NCBI GenBank assembly: GCA_965216465.1 | Contig: CBDCFW010000004.1 | Coordinates: forward strand, 235,464-299,463 | DNA: 64,000 bases | Source: Bacteroidia bacterium | GTDB lineage: Bacteria > Bacteroidota > Bacteroidia > NS11-12g > UBA9320 | Reading direction: 5' to 3' | Notes under the pieces: model-generated | The model's database searches: none | Told to the model about the DNA's origin: nothing | What the model saw: only the letters and a program-made list of their open reading frames with translations | Position numbers and translations under genes: made by a program | Shown here: positions 9,666-20,262 of the stretch, in pieces | Numbering within the stretch: position 1 is the first letter of the stretch | Layout of the letters: each line of letters opens with the position of its first letter

Positions 9666-10152
9666 AATACTGAGTTGGATTATCATATTTGGATTGCAGG
9701 TCGTGGTGTTTAATCATCTCGATTTTTCAAGCTATGTCTTGCCACAAGTGTTCATTGTATTGTTAATCACACTACCAGTGCATCTTTCGAAGATTAATCA
9801 AGTATTAATAGCCTTTGCTTTAGGGCTGTTAGCTGATTTTTTTATCTCAACACCAGGAATTCATGCCTCTGCTTGCATGACCTTGGTGCTGCTGAGAATG
9901 GGCTTGTTGCAGCGCTTAGATCTCAAAGAGCAAATAGCCAACAAGCTTAGTTTTAATGTCCGACACGTCGGAATCTCAACCTTCTTCTATATTACCGCAA
10001 TTTTGGTTGTTATCTACCACTTTTACGTGTTCTCGTTAGAAAGCATAGGTGCTGTTCATTGGGTTAAAATGTTGTTGACTACCCTAATTAGCTCTTCGCT
10101 ATCTTTGTTGATTATAGGACTAATTCAATTTGTTTCCTTACGCGAAAAGTGA
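9658..10152 (+). CDS. mreD: Rod shape-determining protein MreD
   Basis: Hydrophobic 164 aa between mreC and mrdA; AF.LGL..D.F..TPG.HA. Confidence 0.85.
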   Translation: MNRILSWIIIFGLQVVVFNHLDFSSYVLPQVFIVLLITLPVHLSKINQVLIAFALGLLADFFISTPGIHASACMTLVLLRMGLLQRLDLKEQIANKLSFNVRHVGISTFFYITAILVVIYHFYVFSLESIGAVHWVKMLLTTLISSSLSLLIIGLIQFVSLREK

Positions 10153-12011
10153 ACAATACTCGATCATACTACATATATGCAGCGGTTATTATTATAGGTT
10201 TGATATATATCTTCAAACTGTTACAATTACAGGTTTGGGACGATAAGTATACCATGATAGCAGAGAAAATATCGCTGCGAAAACAGTCTATTTATCCGCA
10301 AAGAGGATTGATTTTTGATCGAAATGAAAAACTGTTGGTCTACAACGATCCCGTTTACGATTTAATGGTTTCTGTTCCTATTAAATTGGGTGGAATTGAT
10401 ACTGTTGAGTTTTGTAAATTACTTAGGATTGAAGAAGAGGAATTTGTTTCACGCATTTCTAAATCAAAGCGTAGAGCGTATCGTGGTAAATCTGTATTCA
10501 AGAAGAATATATCAAATGAGATGTATGCTCAAATTCAAGAGCGTCTGTATGAGTTTAAAGGCTTCTTCTTTGAGATTCGTCAAGATAGAAACTACAAGTT
10601 CAACAGTTCAGCACATGTACTTGGATATCTAGGAGAGGTTAATCGTCAAGAACTCTTAGATCAGAAAGAAGGATATTACGAACAGGGAGATTTTAGTGGA
10701 AAAAAAGGTGTTGAGCACTTCTACGAAAAGTACCTGCGTGGTACTAAAGGAGAACGATATTATTACGTCGATAAGTTTGGAGTAAATAAAGGAGTATACA
10801 AAGAAGGTAAGCTTGATGTTGAGCCTATTGATGGAAACAATCTTGTGCTTTCTTTGGATATAGATTTGCAGCAATATGGTGAGCAACTCTTAAACAACAA
10901 AATGGGAAGTGTTGTGGCGATAGAGCCAAAAACTGGTGAGATTTTAGCTTTAATTTCGAGTCCGTTTTACAATCCTGCTAACTTCAACATCCAACACCGA
11001 TCAAAGCATTATGGCAAAGCTCTTCAAGATCCGACTAAACCTATTTTTAATCGGGCTGTATCAGCACCCTATCCTCCAGGTTCAACCTTCAAGCCAGTAA
11101 TGGCATTGGTTGGTGTACAAGACGGAGCGATAACAAAGCATACTCATTTCAATTGTCCGGGTCATTTCAGGCTGGGAAGCAGAATTATACGCTGCCATGG
11201 GCACCCATCGAATACGAGCTTACAGCGTTCAATTGCGAGCAGTTGTAACACGTATTATTGTTACACATTTAAAAGCATGATGAACGACGATCAGTATGCC
11301 AATACTGAAGATGCTTATAAATCGTGGAGGTCATACCTACAGAGTTTTGGAATTGGCACTTACTTGGGTTCAGACGTTTCAGGAGAAGCTAAAGGTTGGT
11401 TGATGGAACCAGACTTTTATGACAAAATGCACGGTAAGAACCGATGGAGTTATGCGAGTATTATCTCACTTTCATTTGGCCAGGGGGAGTTGGGTTTAAC
11501 TCCAATGCACATGGCTAATGTGGCCTCGATTATAGCCAATAGAGGTCACTACTATACTCCTCATGTGATAAAGCAAATAGAAGGGATGGATCACATTCCT
11601 GACAAGTATCTCATGAAGAATTATACCAAGATTCAACCACACAACTTTGACGCGATTATCGAAGGTATGCACATGGTAACCACATCCGGAACAGGAACTG
11701 CTTCAGCGATTCAAGGGATAAACATAGCGGGTAAGACGGGCACCGTTCAAAATCCGCATGGAAAGAACCACTCAGCTTACATGGCATTTGCACCTATCGA
11801 AGATCCACAAATTGCTATTGCAGTTGTGGTTGAAGAATCGGGATACGGTGCAACTTGGGCCGCACCTATTGCACACTTGATGATTGAGAATTATCTGTCT
11901 CATGATACAGCAACAACATCATTACCTCATTTTGAAGAGCGATTGATGAACTCGGATTTAATTCCAGATAAGTACAAGAAAAAAAGAAGGGAGATTTACG
12001 GTGGAAACTAA
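10149..12011 (+). CDS. mrdA: Penicillin-binding protein 2
   Basis: RGLIFDRN, PGSTFK (SxxK), SCN, KTG motifs; GTG start. Confidence 0.95.
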   Translation: MNNTRSYYIYAAVIIIGLIYIFKLLQLQVWDDKYTMIAEKISLRKQSIYPQRGLIFDRNEKLLVYNDPVYDLMVSVPIKLGGIDTVEFCKLLRIEEEEFVSRISKSKRRAYRGKSVFKKNISNEMYAQIQERLYEFKGFFFEIRQDRNYKFNSSAHVLGYLGEVNRQELLDQKEGYYEQGDFSGKKGVEHFYEKYLRGTKGERYYYVDKFGVNKGVYKEGKLDVEPIDGNNLVLSLDIDLQQYGEQLLNNKMGSVVAIEPKTGEILALISSPFYNPANFNIQHRSKHYGKALQDPTKPIFNRAVSAPYPPGSTFKPVMALVGVQDGAITKHTHFNCPGHFRLGSRIIRCHGHPSNTSLQRSIASSCNTYYCYTFKSMMNDDQYANTEDAYKSWRSYLQSFGIGTYLGSDVSGEAKGWLMEPDFYDKMHGKNRWSYASIISLSFGQGELGLTPMHMANVASIIANRGHYYTPHVIKQIEGMDHIPDKYLMKNYTKIQPHNFDAIIEGMHMVTTSGTGTASAIQGINIAGKTGTVQNPHGKNHSAYMAFAPIEDPQIAIAVVVEESGYGATWAAPIAHLMIENYLSHDTATTSLPHFEERLMNSDLIPDKYKKKRREIYGGN

Positions 12012-13257
12012 GGCTAGAGTTGACATAGTAAGCATAATTCTATTCTTGCTTATTGCGATAATTGGGATATCAAGCGTTTATTCTGCGACATCTGAACAAG
12101 GTGCCTACTCATTGTTAGAAGGAAGAAGCGGAAAGCAAATCATGTGGTTTGGGATTTCCATTTTTGTGGGTGCAGTCATCTTTTTACTTAATTCGAACTT
12201 TTTTGAGGTATTCAGTTGGTACTTCTATATTTTGTTGGTGTTGCTCTTGGTGGCCGTACTACTAATTGGAACAGAAATAAATGGAGCAAAATCTTGGATT
12301 AAAATTGGTTCGTTCAGCTTACAACCTGCTGAGTTCGCCAAGTACGGAACTGCCTTTGCACTAGCGGCTTATGTCAGCAATATTGAGGTGTCGCTCACCA
12401 GAATTAAAAATTTGGCCATTATTGGGTTGATAATTCTGATTCCTATGGCATTGATTGTTTTACAACGTGACACAGGTTCGGCATTAGTGTTTTCAAGCTT
12501 TATCTTAGTGCTCTATCGGGAAGGTCTTACGCCTTTGGTTGTTGTTCTTGGCTTACTAGCAATAGCCATATTTGTGTTAACCATGGTAATTGGGTTCACC
12601 GCATTTTCGGTGGCTGTTGGTGTTATTCTTCTGGTGTTTTATGCTTTTACTTATACCAATAAAAAGCTTTTATTGCCGTCGCTTTACACTGCCGTTGCCA
12701 TTGTGCTTTTCAGCTTGAGCGTTCAATTCATTTTTAAAAATGTGCTACAAGAACACCAGCAGAAAAGAATATTGGTTACGCTTAATCTGCTAGAAGACAA
12801 AAAGGGAGCAGGTTATAATGTGGATCAGGCCAAAATAGCGATTGGCTCAGGTGGTTTTAGTGGTAAAGGCTTTCTTAACGGTTCGCATACGAAAGGAGAT
12901 TTTATTCCAGAACAAACTACCGACTTTATCTTTTGTACCATAGGCGAAGAGGGAGGATGGTTACTCAGTAGCGGCACAATCCTGCTCTTTGTTTTGTTCA
13001 TATTACGACTTTACCACCTTGCAGGGCGAGCAAAGAAGAAGTACAAACGGATATTTATATTTAGTTTGGCTTCAATCTTATTCTTTCACCTGACCGTTAA
13101 TGTGGGTATGACTATAGGGTTAATGCCAGTAATTGGAATTCCATTACCGTTAATTTCATACGGAGGCTCCTCAATATTGGCGTTTAGCATATTCATATTC
13201 ACAGCACTTAAAATGGATTCAACCCGAGATCAAGATTTAAAATCTGTACTTACATGA
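12001..13257 (+). CDS. rodA: Rod shape-determining SEDS protein RodA
   Basis: QPAEFAK, DTGSA, AIGSGG..GKG, PEQTTDFIF, PLISYGGSS. Confidence 0.95.
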   Translation: METKARVDIVSIILFLLIAIIGISSVYSATSEQGAYSLLEGRSGKQIMWFGISIFVGAVIFLLNSNFFEVFSWYFYILLVLLLVAVLLIGTEINGAKSWIKIGSFSLQPAEFAKYGTAFALAAYVSNIEVSLTRIKNLAIIGLIILIPMALIVLQRDTGSALVFSSFILVLYREGLTPLVVVLGLLAIAIFVLTMVIGFTAFSVAVGVILLVFYAFTYTNKKLLLPSLYTAVAIVLFSLSVQFIFKNVLQEHQQKRILVTLNLLEDKKGAGYNVDQAKIAIGSGGFSGKGFLNGSHTKGDFIPEQTTDFIFCTIGEEGGWLLSSGTILLFVLFILRLYHLAGRAKKKYKRIFIFSLASILFFHLTVNVGMTIGLMPVIGIPLPLISYGGSSILAFSIFIFTALKMDSTRDQDLKSVLT

Positions 13258-13895
13258 TTACAGTTCATCAATTACCCTACAACCCGTTTTCAGAAAATAC
13301 TTATGTGTTGGCAGATAGCCAAAACAATGCGATCATAATTGATCCAGGAATGTACTTCCCTCAAGAGCAATCTCACTTGTTTGAATTCTTGAACCACCAT
13401 AAACTGAAACCTGTTCACCTATGGTTAACTCATGCACACTTAGATCATGTGTTTGGCGTAAATTGGGTATATAAAACCTATAATCTTGTACCACAGCTGG
13501 AGGCAGATGATTTGTTTATCTATGAAAGTGCGGTTGCAACAGCAAATCAATATGGACTATCAATGGATCCTCTTGTTGATTGCCAAACAAGCTTTAATGA
13601 TGGAGATATGTTGTCAGTCGATAACACTGAATTGGAGGTTATTAAGGCTCCCGGACATTCACCAGGCAGTATATGTTTTTATTGTAAAAGAGATGGATTT
13701 ATTATTTCAGGAGATGTTCTGTTTCAAGGCAGTATAGGTAGAACCGATTTGCCAGGTGGAAGTTTTGATCAATTGATTACGAGTATTCGGTCAAGGCTAT
13801 TGACCTTACCTGATGATGTTACGGTCTATTCTGGGCATGGTCCGGCAACGACTATTGGACAGGAACGACAGTCAAATCCATTTCTGATTCAATAA
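13254..13895 (+). CDS. MBL-fold metallo-hydrolase (glyoxalase II-like)
   Basis: THAHLDH, PGHSPG, GDVLF.GSIGRTD, GHG motifs. Confidence 0.9.
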   Translation: MITVHQLPYNPFSENTYVLADSQNNAIIIDPGMYFPQEQSHLFEFLNHHKLKPVHLWLTHAHLDHVFGVNWVYKTYNLVPQLEADDLFIYESAVATANQYGLSMDPLVDCQTSFNDGDMLSVDNTELEVIKAPGHSPGSICFYCKRDGFIISGDVLFQGSIGRTDLPGGSFDQLITSIRSRLLTLPDDVTVYSGHGPATTIGQERQSNPFLIQ

Positions 13896-13922
13896 AAAAG
13901 CCCTTCCAAAAGGAAAGGCTTT
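13894..13922. terminator. Probable bidirectional intrinsic terminator
   Basis: AAAGCCCTTCC-AAAA-GGAAAGGCTTT between convergent genes. Confidence 0.7.
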
Positions 13923-13942
13923 ACATTGTGTTTTAATTTCTT

Positions 13943-15133
13943 TTAGATATCATCTTGAGCTTTGAATGCGTCGATGTCAAACAAGAGGCTAAATCTGATT
14001 GTATTTTGAAGAGGATGTCTTCTAGTAAATGGTTGCAAATAAGCCGCGTCAATTTGGAACACTTTATACTTCAGTCCAGCTCCAAATGTCACATATTTAC
14101 GTGCACCTTTCGTATCTGATTCGTTGAAGTAACCCGCTCTAAGAGCAAATTGCTTATCGTACCAATATTCTACACCAATTGAATAAGTGAACTCTTTTAA
14201 TTCTTCTTGAAATCCTGCAGGGGCATCACTAAACGAGGTTAGCATTCCTTGAATTACCGCTTGGTCATCTATTTCTCGGCCGATTATGTTACCCAAAGAA
14301 TCATAAATGTATTGCGGAGTAGGAACTAATAGTTTGTTAAAGTCAACTCCAAACCCAATTTCGTTATATTCGTCTAATTGTGTTTTCCAGAAAGTTCCAA
14401 CGCGAAAATTAACAGGAATAAAATCTCTATTGGCTTCAGTGGTATAGGTAATTTTGTTTCCAATATTGCTAATGTTTCCACCGATGGTGTAATCAAAGTC
14501 TCTGCCACCAATTTCTGCATCATTAACATAAGTCATTGATACGTCTCCGGCACCAGCAAGTCCAGCCTTAATTTCTGAGCCGCTCACACCTACTTGTCCT
14601 CTCGCGAGATCCGACATGATGAAACGTAGGGCTATACCCAATGAAAGGTTGTCAGAGAGTTTACGAGCATAAGCTCCATCTAGAGCAAACTCTTTTGGCT
14701 CGTAGTTTCCGTTTGGATTACCATTGATGTCTGTGAACTGAATATCTCCTAAGGTGAAATATCTCAAAGAAGCTGCGAAAGCACTTTGCTTATCAATTTT
14801 TTTGTAGCCAGAAAGGTAGTAGAACCAAATATCTGGAACCAGTTGGCGTAGCCAAGGAGCGGCAGATAGCGCAAAACCCGCATCATCTTCAATAAACGCA
14901 AGCTTTGAAGGGTTCCAATGTATTGAATTAGCGTCAGCTGATGTTGCCACACCAAGGTCTCCCATTGCAGCACCTCTCGAATCAGGTGAGATTAGAAGGA
15001 AAGGAGCAGCAGTAGTAATCACATTACGTTGACCTAAAAGATCAGTGTTAGTATTAACCGTAGGAGTAGTCGTTTGTGCCTTAATGCCAAGGGTTGAAAT
15101 CAGGGCAAGGCCAATTAATAATTTATTCTTCAA
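13943..15133 (-). CDS. porV: T9SS outer-membrane shuttle PorV
   Basis: ITTAAPFLLISPDSRGAAMGD.GVA, WNPSKLAF, YFTLGDI; lies downstream of porU; TTG start at 15133 preferred because a TACATTTG box lies between it and the ATG at 15163. Confidence 0.9.
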   Translation of the reverse strand: MKNKLLIGLALISTLGIKAQTTTPTVNTNTDLLGQRNVITTAAPFLLISPDSRGAAMGDLGVATSADANSIHWNPSKLAFIEDDAGFALSAAPWLRQLVPDIWFYYLSGYKKIDKQSAFAASLRYFTLGDIQFTDINGNPNGNYEPKEFALDGAYARKLSDNLSLGIALRFIMSDLARGQVGVSGSEIKAGLAGAGDVSMTYVNDAEIGGRDFDYTIGGNISNIGNKITYTTEANRDFIPVNFRVGTFWKTQLDEYNEIGFGVDFNKLLVPTPQYIYDSLGNIIGREIDDQAVIQGMLTSFSDAPAGFQEELKEFTYSIGVEYWYDKQFALRAGYFNESDTKGARKYVTFGAGLKYKVFQIDAAYLQPFTRRHPLQNTIRFSLLFDIDAFKAQDDI

Positions 15134-15171
15134 TTTTAGATTATTTGTTCGCAAATGTATCATTTATTTTT

Positions 15172-18100
15172 TTAGTTAATAATGAATAGTTTTTGAGTTT
15201 TTGTTTGGGTTGAGCCATCCTCAGCCTCAACTTTTAGGGTATATAAATAAACTCCTCGAGCTATTCTGTCTCCATATTGATCGGTACCGTCCCAAGTGAG
15301 CTCTTCGATTATTTGTGCAGGTGCGTTTATATGTGCAGGAGCATTTAAAATATCTGTTGTAATGCTTTTAACTACATTGCCAGCAATTGTTGATATTGTT
15401 AAATTAACTGATAAGTTCTGGCCTGACTTATTATGGTCAAAGTGAAACTCTGTGTATTTGTTAAATGGATTTGGGTAGTTCAAAACATTTTCCACTACAA
15501 TATCTGCTTCTTCAGTAACTACAAATTCGGTATAATCTTCCGCAGAATTGTTGTAAACGTCCCAAACTTTAAGCGTAATGGTATGTCTTCCAGGCGTTAA
15601 TTGTGAGAAAGGATACTCAATCACGCCGCTTTGATAACTGTTCAGTTCAGGTGAATAATAATCGTTCAAAATTATCGACTCTTCAAATTCAGTTCCTTCA
15701 TCGAGAATAGCTTCCATTTCTCTTCCTATACCGCTGCCAATTGTATTGATTCCATTTTCATCATAGATGTCAGCAATTAACATTGGTGTCTTAGAAGTAG
15801 TTCCCCCAAATACCCAACTTCGGTCATCAATAAATAAGTTCAAGCTTGGTGGTTCTTTATCGTTTTTAAGGCTGTCGCTTGTGCCTCCAATTTTATAGCT
15901 AAGCTCTGAGCCTCCGGCATGTTTTAATCCATCCTTGGCATAGTAAGATAATTTTCCTTCACCTACATTGTATGCAATGTCTTTTGGAACTACAAATTGG
16001 AAACTAAACTTACCATTTACGATGGAAGCTTCTCCCTTGTATATAATTCTATCCTGCATTTCAAACTCAATTGGGATGCTTCGTGGATCATTACCTAACG
16101 TTTTATATGTTGAGAATTTATCGTAGAAAGTAGGGTAGAGGGTTCCATTAAAATCATCAAGCAAATTATTGCCGTTATCTCTAATTTCACCTTCAATCGT
16201 AACCAAGCCTAAAGCTTTTAAAGTGTCGTTGAAGTTACCAGTTTGAACACCATTAATGTGTGTGGTAACTACATTGTATTCTGGATAGTGCAATCGCATT
16301 GCTGGATCACCCAATAGCATAAAGCAACGCTTGTTGATTTCTTCATTAGGATCTGCATTTCTTGTATTTCTATAAACTTCACCGAGGGGCTGCAATGCTT
16401 GTCCACCGCTCTCAAACAGATTGTTGTTAATGATTTCAAAGTTCAGATCTGTGTTGGTTCCAATGTATACTACTCGAGTTGTAGCTACCATGCCAATAGC
16501 ACCTCCATTTGGATTAAGTAACATCAATTCGCCTGGAGATTCAATGTCGAGGTTGTCAATTTTTGCCAATTCGCAGCTGGCTGTAATGTAAAACGATAGT
16601 TTATCTTTATTAGTCCAAGAACTGATTTCAGGACGTGTAACCACGCGCTCATGAGCCATGCCGTTTTCTCCTCCGTGACCAACATAATTGAAGATTAAGG
16701 TTCCTCGGCTGTTTAATGCTTTATTAATTTCTTCATTTACTTTAGGGTACTTGTTCCCACTACCGAAGGAAACTTGTTCGTAAGCATCAAGCCAAATCTT
16801 ATTGATATTGTATTCTGGATACTGATTTCTAATAACCGTTGTCATGCCTTCAGATGGACCAACGTGGTCATTGCCATCTTCATCGTCACCAACAAATGTT
16901 AAAGTTTGAATCCAGTTGCCTAAACTTACCTCATCATGGTAATGAAGAATTTTATCTACCACAATTGTGGCTTCAGCTAAATTGCTTACTGGAAGTCTAC
17001 CTACACCAATATCAAGTGCTTCATCTTTGTTTTGAATACCCCAGAAACCTTCAGAATCATCCAAAATTGCATAGTAATCATCTGAACAATATGAATAAGG
17101 AGGATTGTATGAATTTCCGCTTTGATAGATAGGGACAACATTGGTGTTGTTGGCTTCAATATCTTTATAATCATAGCTAGCATCACCAAATAATAATAGG
17201 TATTTGAGTGAATATCCACCGCTGTTACCGCGGTCGTAAAGCAATTTTACGAAGTCTCTAATGCCAGTAATATCTTGAGATCCAGAAGAAAACTCATTGT
17301 AAATCTGTTCTGTTGTTACCACTTCAACTTTCAGGTTGGAGTAATCGCGATGAAAGTCGGCTAATCGATTTGCTTCAGTTAAAAGGTCTTTTCGTGTAAC
17401 AATTAAATAATCGATCTCAGTGATAGCATGCAAATTTTGGTTTTCAACTTGACCGATAAATTCTGGATTGCTTGGAGAATTTTCATCAAAAAGTATAAAC
17501 TGAGGTGCGTTGTCTGTTGCAACATTTTGGATGATACAACTTTGAGCTCCTCCATCTAAATAAGTTTCTTGTGAAGTAGGAGTGTTTAACTCGCTAATGT
17601 TCCAAAGGTGATGTTGAGCGGTTAATCCTTGAAAACTGTAGGCATTATTGCCACCAACCATATGACTGCTGGTTTTAATAACCTGTTGAGGATCTAAAGC
17701 ACTCATTTGTCTTTGAGGAACAAATAAAAAGTAATCGATCCACGCAATAGACTCATTCAGATTTTTGTCGTAATCAAACTCAATAGCGAATTGACCAGAA
17801 CTTAACGTGAAGTCTTTTCTTGAAGTCTTTGGACCCGCAATGAAGGGTTGATCATATTCACCAAATACCGTTCCGTGTGGAATCTCATAGGGGGCATTAT
17901 TTTGAATTGTTAAGTAAATTCTTGAAGAATTAAGTGAGCGCACTCCTGTAATTGTAGTAAATGGATAATCTCCAGGAACAATCCCACTTATTGAGTATTC
18001 AAACGTCTTGGTGGTGTTGTGTTGCATCTTATCACCCCACCATCTTCTACCTGATTTAATATGATTTTCTTCATTGCTTTCGTGGTAGATAGTATAGTCG

Positions 18101-19041
18101 TACGTTGAAATATTATTGTCGATGCTGGTGCCTTGATTCGACGATTGGCTAGCGATTCGTTTTCCGGCATCGCCTCCCCAAGTTAGGAAATAGTAAGACT
18201 TGGTGTCGTAATGGTTGCCTTTGTATTCATAACGCTGTTGATCATGATTAAAGTAAACATCAGTTGGGCCTTTAGCATACCACCACACATAGTCTGAAGC
18301 ATCCCAATCGTTATTACCGTTGGCGTCGTAAACATAAATGGCATTTTCAACAAGGTCTTCCGGGCGTTCAGTGATTATTGGTTCTGGTAGCATTGTGCCT
18401 CCATTTCCATAAATTTTAAAAGTAGATAAGTCGATACTCGAAACATCTATTCCGTTCTGAGTTAAGAAGTTACGGTCAATTTTATAAACTCCATCTTGCG
18501 AAATAGCTACTTTATAATGGTTCCCAGTGGTGAGTACTGAGGTATAGGTTTGGTCTTTTTTAGACTTGAAATTGCGGCTGACCTCTCGGCTTACTGTTGT
18601 TTTATAGTTTATAGTGCAAGATTCGAGTAATTCAGTTCCGCTATTGAAATTTCGAATTGGTGTAAGTTTAAGATTGATGTATTTAACCCCTTTTATGTAT
18701 GAATAACTATAATTCAATTCAAATTCACCTGAAATTTGGTCTTTTAAGCGACTGTTTGGTCTAAAAGTGGTCTTTATATTACTCAGATAAACATCAGCAA
18801 TATCTACACCCTGTGCTGGAAACTGCTTTGTGATGTAAGGAATGATAAACTCATTCGCGATAGATTCTTTGCAATTTACACAGGAGTAAACAGAAAGTTT
18901 CTGAGTGCCAGATAGTTCTGGATCAAAATCAACATCTTCGGTAATTGACCATGACAATTGAACGTCAATGTTTTGCCCCCATGAAATTGTTGTCAATCCC
19001 AAGAGAATTAAGGTGAACAGGTAGCTTGTTGTCTTACGCAT
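15172..19041 (-). CDS. porU: T9SS sortase PorU (peptidase C25)
   Basis: IYNEFSSG..D..GIRDF, LLFGDASYDYK, NYVGHG and TASC dyad, C-terminal LNYPNPF CTD; alternative start at 19077. Confidence 0.93.
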   Translation of the reverse strand: MRKTTSYLFTLILLGLTTISWGQNIDVQLSWSITEDVDFDPELSGTQKLSVYSCVNCKESIANEFIIPYITKQFPAQGVDIADVYLSNIKTTFRPNSRLKDQISGEFELNYSYSYIKGVKYINLKLTPIRNFNSGTELLESCTINYKTTVSREVSRNFKSKKDQTYTSVLTTGNHYKVAISQDGVYKIDRNFLTQNGIDVSSIDLSTFKIYGNGGTMLPEPIITERPEDLVENAIYVYDANGNNDWDASDYVWWYAKGPTDVYFNHDQQRYEYKGNHYDTKSYYFLTWGGDAGKRIASQSSNQGTSIDNNISTYDYTIYHESNEENHIKSGRRWWGDKMQHNTTKTFEYSISGIVPGDYPFTTITGVRSLNSSRIYLTIQNNAPYEIPHGTVFGEYDQPFIAGPKTSRKDFTLSSGQFAIEFDYDKNLNESIAWIDYFLFVPQRQMSALDPQQVIKTSSHMVGGNNAYSFQGLTAQHHLWNISELNTPTSQETYLDGGAQSCIIQNVATDNAPQFILFDENSPSNPEFIGQVENQNLHAITEIDYLIVTRKDLLTEANRLADFHRDYSNLKVEVVTTEQIYNEFSSGSQDITGIRDFVKLLYDRGNSGGYSLKYLLLFGDASYDYKDIEANNTNVVPIYQSGNSYNPPYSYCSDDYYAILDDSEGFWGIQNKDEALDIGVGRLPVSNLAEATIVVDKILHYHDEVSLGNWIQTLTFVGDDEDGNDHVGPSEGMTTVIRNQYPEYNINKIWLDAYEQVSFGSGNKYPKVNEEINKALNSRGTLIFNYVGHGGENGMAHERVVTRPEISSWTNKDKLSFYITASCELAKIDNLDIESPGELMLLNPNGGAIGMVATTRVVYIGTNTDLNFEIINNNLFESGGQALQPLGEVYRNTRNADPNEEINKRCFMLLGDPAMRLHYPEYNVVTTHINGVQTGNFNDTLKALGLVTIEGEIRDNGNNLLDDFNGTLYPTFYDKFSTYKTLGNDPRSIPIEFEMQDRIIYKGEASIVNGKFSFQFVVPKDIAYNVGEGKLSYYAKDGLKHAGGSELSYKIGGTSDSLKNDKEPPSLNLFIDDRSWVFGGTTSKTPMLIADIYDENGINTIGSGIGREMEAILDEGTEFEESIILNDYYSPELNSYQSGVIEYPFSQLTPGRHTITLKVWDVYNNSAEDYTEFVVTEEADIVVENVLNYPNPFNKYTEFHFDHNKSGQNLSVNLTISTIAGNVVKSITTDILNAPAHINAPAQIIEELTWDGTDQYGDRIARGVYLYTLKVEAEDGSTQTKTQKLFIIN

Positions 19042-19196
19042 TTTTCGATTAAACGAATAAACTCTCAATTCTAACATTATTCGGCCGATATTTATTGTAT
19101 TAACTTTATAAAAAGCCGATTATGACATAATAATTGATTTTTTTTATCGTATCTTTACAAATGTTTTATTTTTGTGTGTTTAATTAATTCTCAGAT

Positions 19197-20189
19197 ATGA
19201 AAAATACAAAAACTGCTTTACTTTTTCTCCTAGCCTTGTGCGTTGCTGAGTTTGTTCAGGCTCAAGACCCTGAACTTACACAGTTCTATGCCGCACCTAT
19301 TTATACCAATCCGGCAATGGCTGGTACTGGTTCTTGTGATGGAGGAGGAAGAGTAGGACTTAACTACCGTAACCAATGGCCAAGCTTGCCTGGTACCTTT
19401 GTGACCACTGCTGCAAGCTACGATCAGCACTTCGACAAAATCGGAGGTGGAATTGGTGTATTGTTTATGGATGATAAAGCAGGTGAAGGTCTTTTGAAAT
19501 CAACAACAGTTTCTGCAATTTATTCTTACCAATTGGTGGTTAATCGTAGATTAGCTATCCGTTTTGGTTTAGAAGGAACTTACGGCCAACGTAGTATTGA
19601 CTGGAGAAAATTAAGATTTGAAGATCAAATTGATCCAACACAAGGATTTACAAGACAAACAGCAGAGCAGTTTAACAATGATGTGGTTGGATACGCAAAC
19701 TTTGCAGCTGGTGCTGTTGCTTATACTGAAAGATTTTATGGAGGTTTAGCGGTTCATAATCTGATTGAGCCGAATCAATCATTCTTCGGAAACCCTAACG
19801 CTCCAATTCCGCGTAGATTTACTGCTCACGGTGGTGTGGTTATACCTTTAGATGGTAGAAAAGTGCCAGAATCAACTTTCTCGCCGAACGTACTATTCAT
19901 GATGCAAAGCAAGTTTACCCAAATGAACATTGGTTTCTACTACAACAAAGGACCTTTAGTAATGGGTGCGTGGTTTAGACAGACTTTTGGCGAATATGGT
20001 AACTCTGATGCCTTGATGGCCCTTGTTGGATTTAGAAAGGATAAATTCAAATTTGGGTACAGTTACGACTTTACTGTTTCAGACGCTAGAGCAGCCGCTC
20101 CAGGGTCTCATGAAGTGTCTGCAGCTATTGAATGGTGTGCCCGTACACCAACACGTAAGTACAGAAAAATAAGCTGTCCGGATTTTTAA
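19197..20189 (+). CDS. PorP/SprF family T9SS membrane protein
   Basis: AQDPELTQFY..P.YTNPAMAG, NYRNQW, GYSYD, GSHE. Confidence 0.9.
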   Translation: MKNTKTALLFLLALCVAEFVQAQDPELTQFYAAPIYTNPAMAGTGSCDGGGRVGLNYRNQWPSLPGTFVTTAASYDQHFDKIGGGIGVLFMDDKAGEGLLKSTTVSAIYSYQLVVNRRLAIRFGLEGTYGQRSIDWRKLRFEDQIDPTQGFTRQTAEQFNNDVVGYANFAAGAVAYTERFYGGLAVHNLIEPNQSFFGNPNAPIPRRFTAHGGVVIPLDGRKVPESTFSPNVLFMMQSKFTQMNIGFYYNKGPLVMGAWFRQTFGEYGNSDALMALVGFRKDKFKFGYSYDFTVSDARAAAPGSHEVSAAIEWCARTPTRKYRKISCPDF

Positions 20190-20262
20190 TTGAGGTCAAA
20201 AAAAATTATTATTGCACAATATTAAAGTTAGAAACTAGTTATTACTTATAGCTTCTCAGAAT

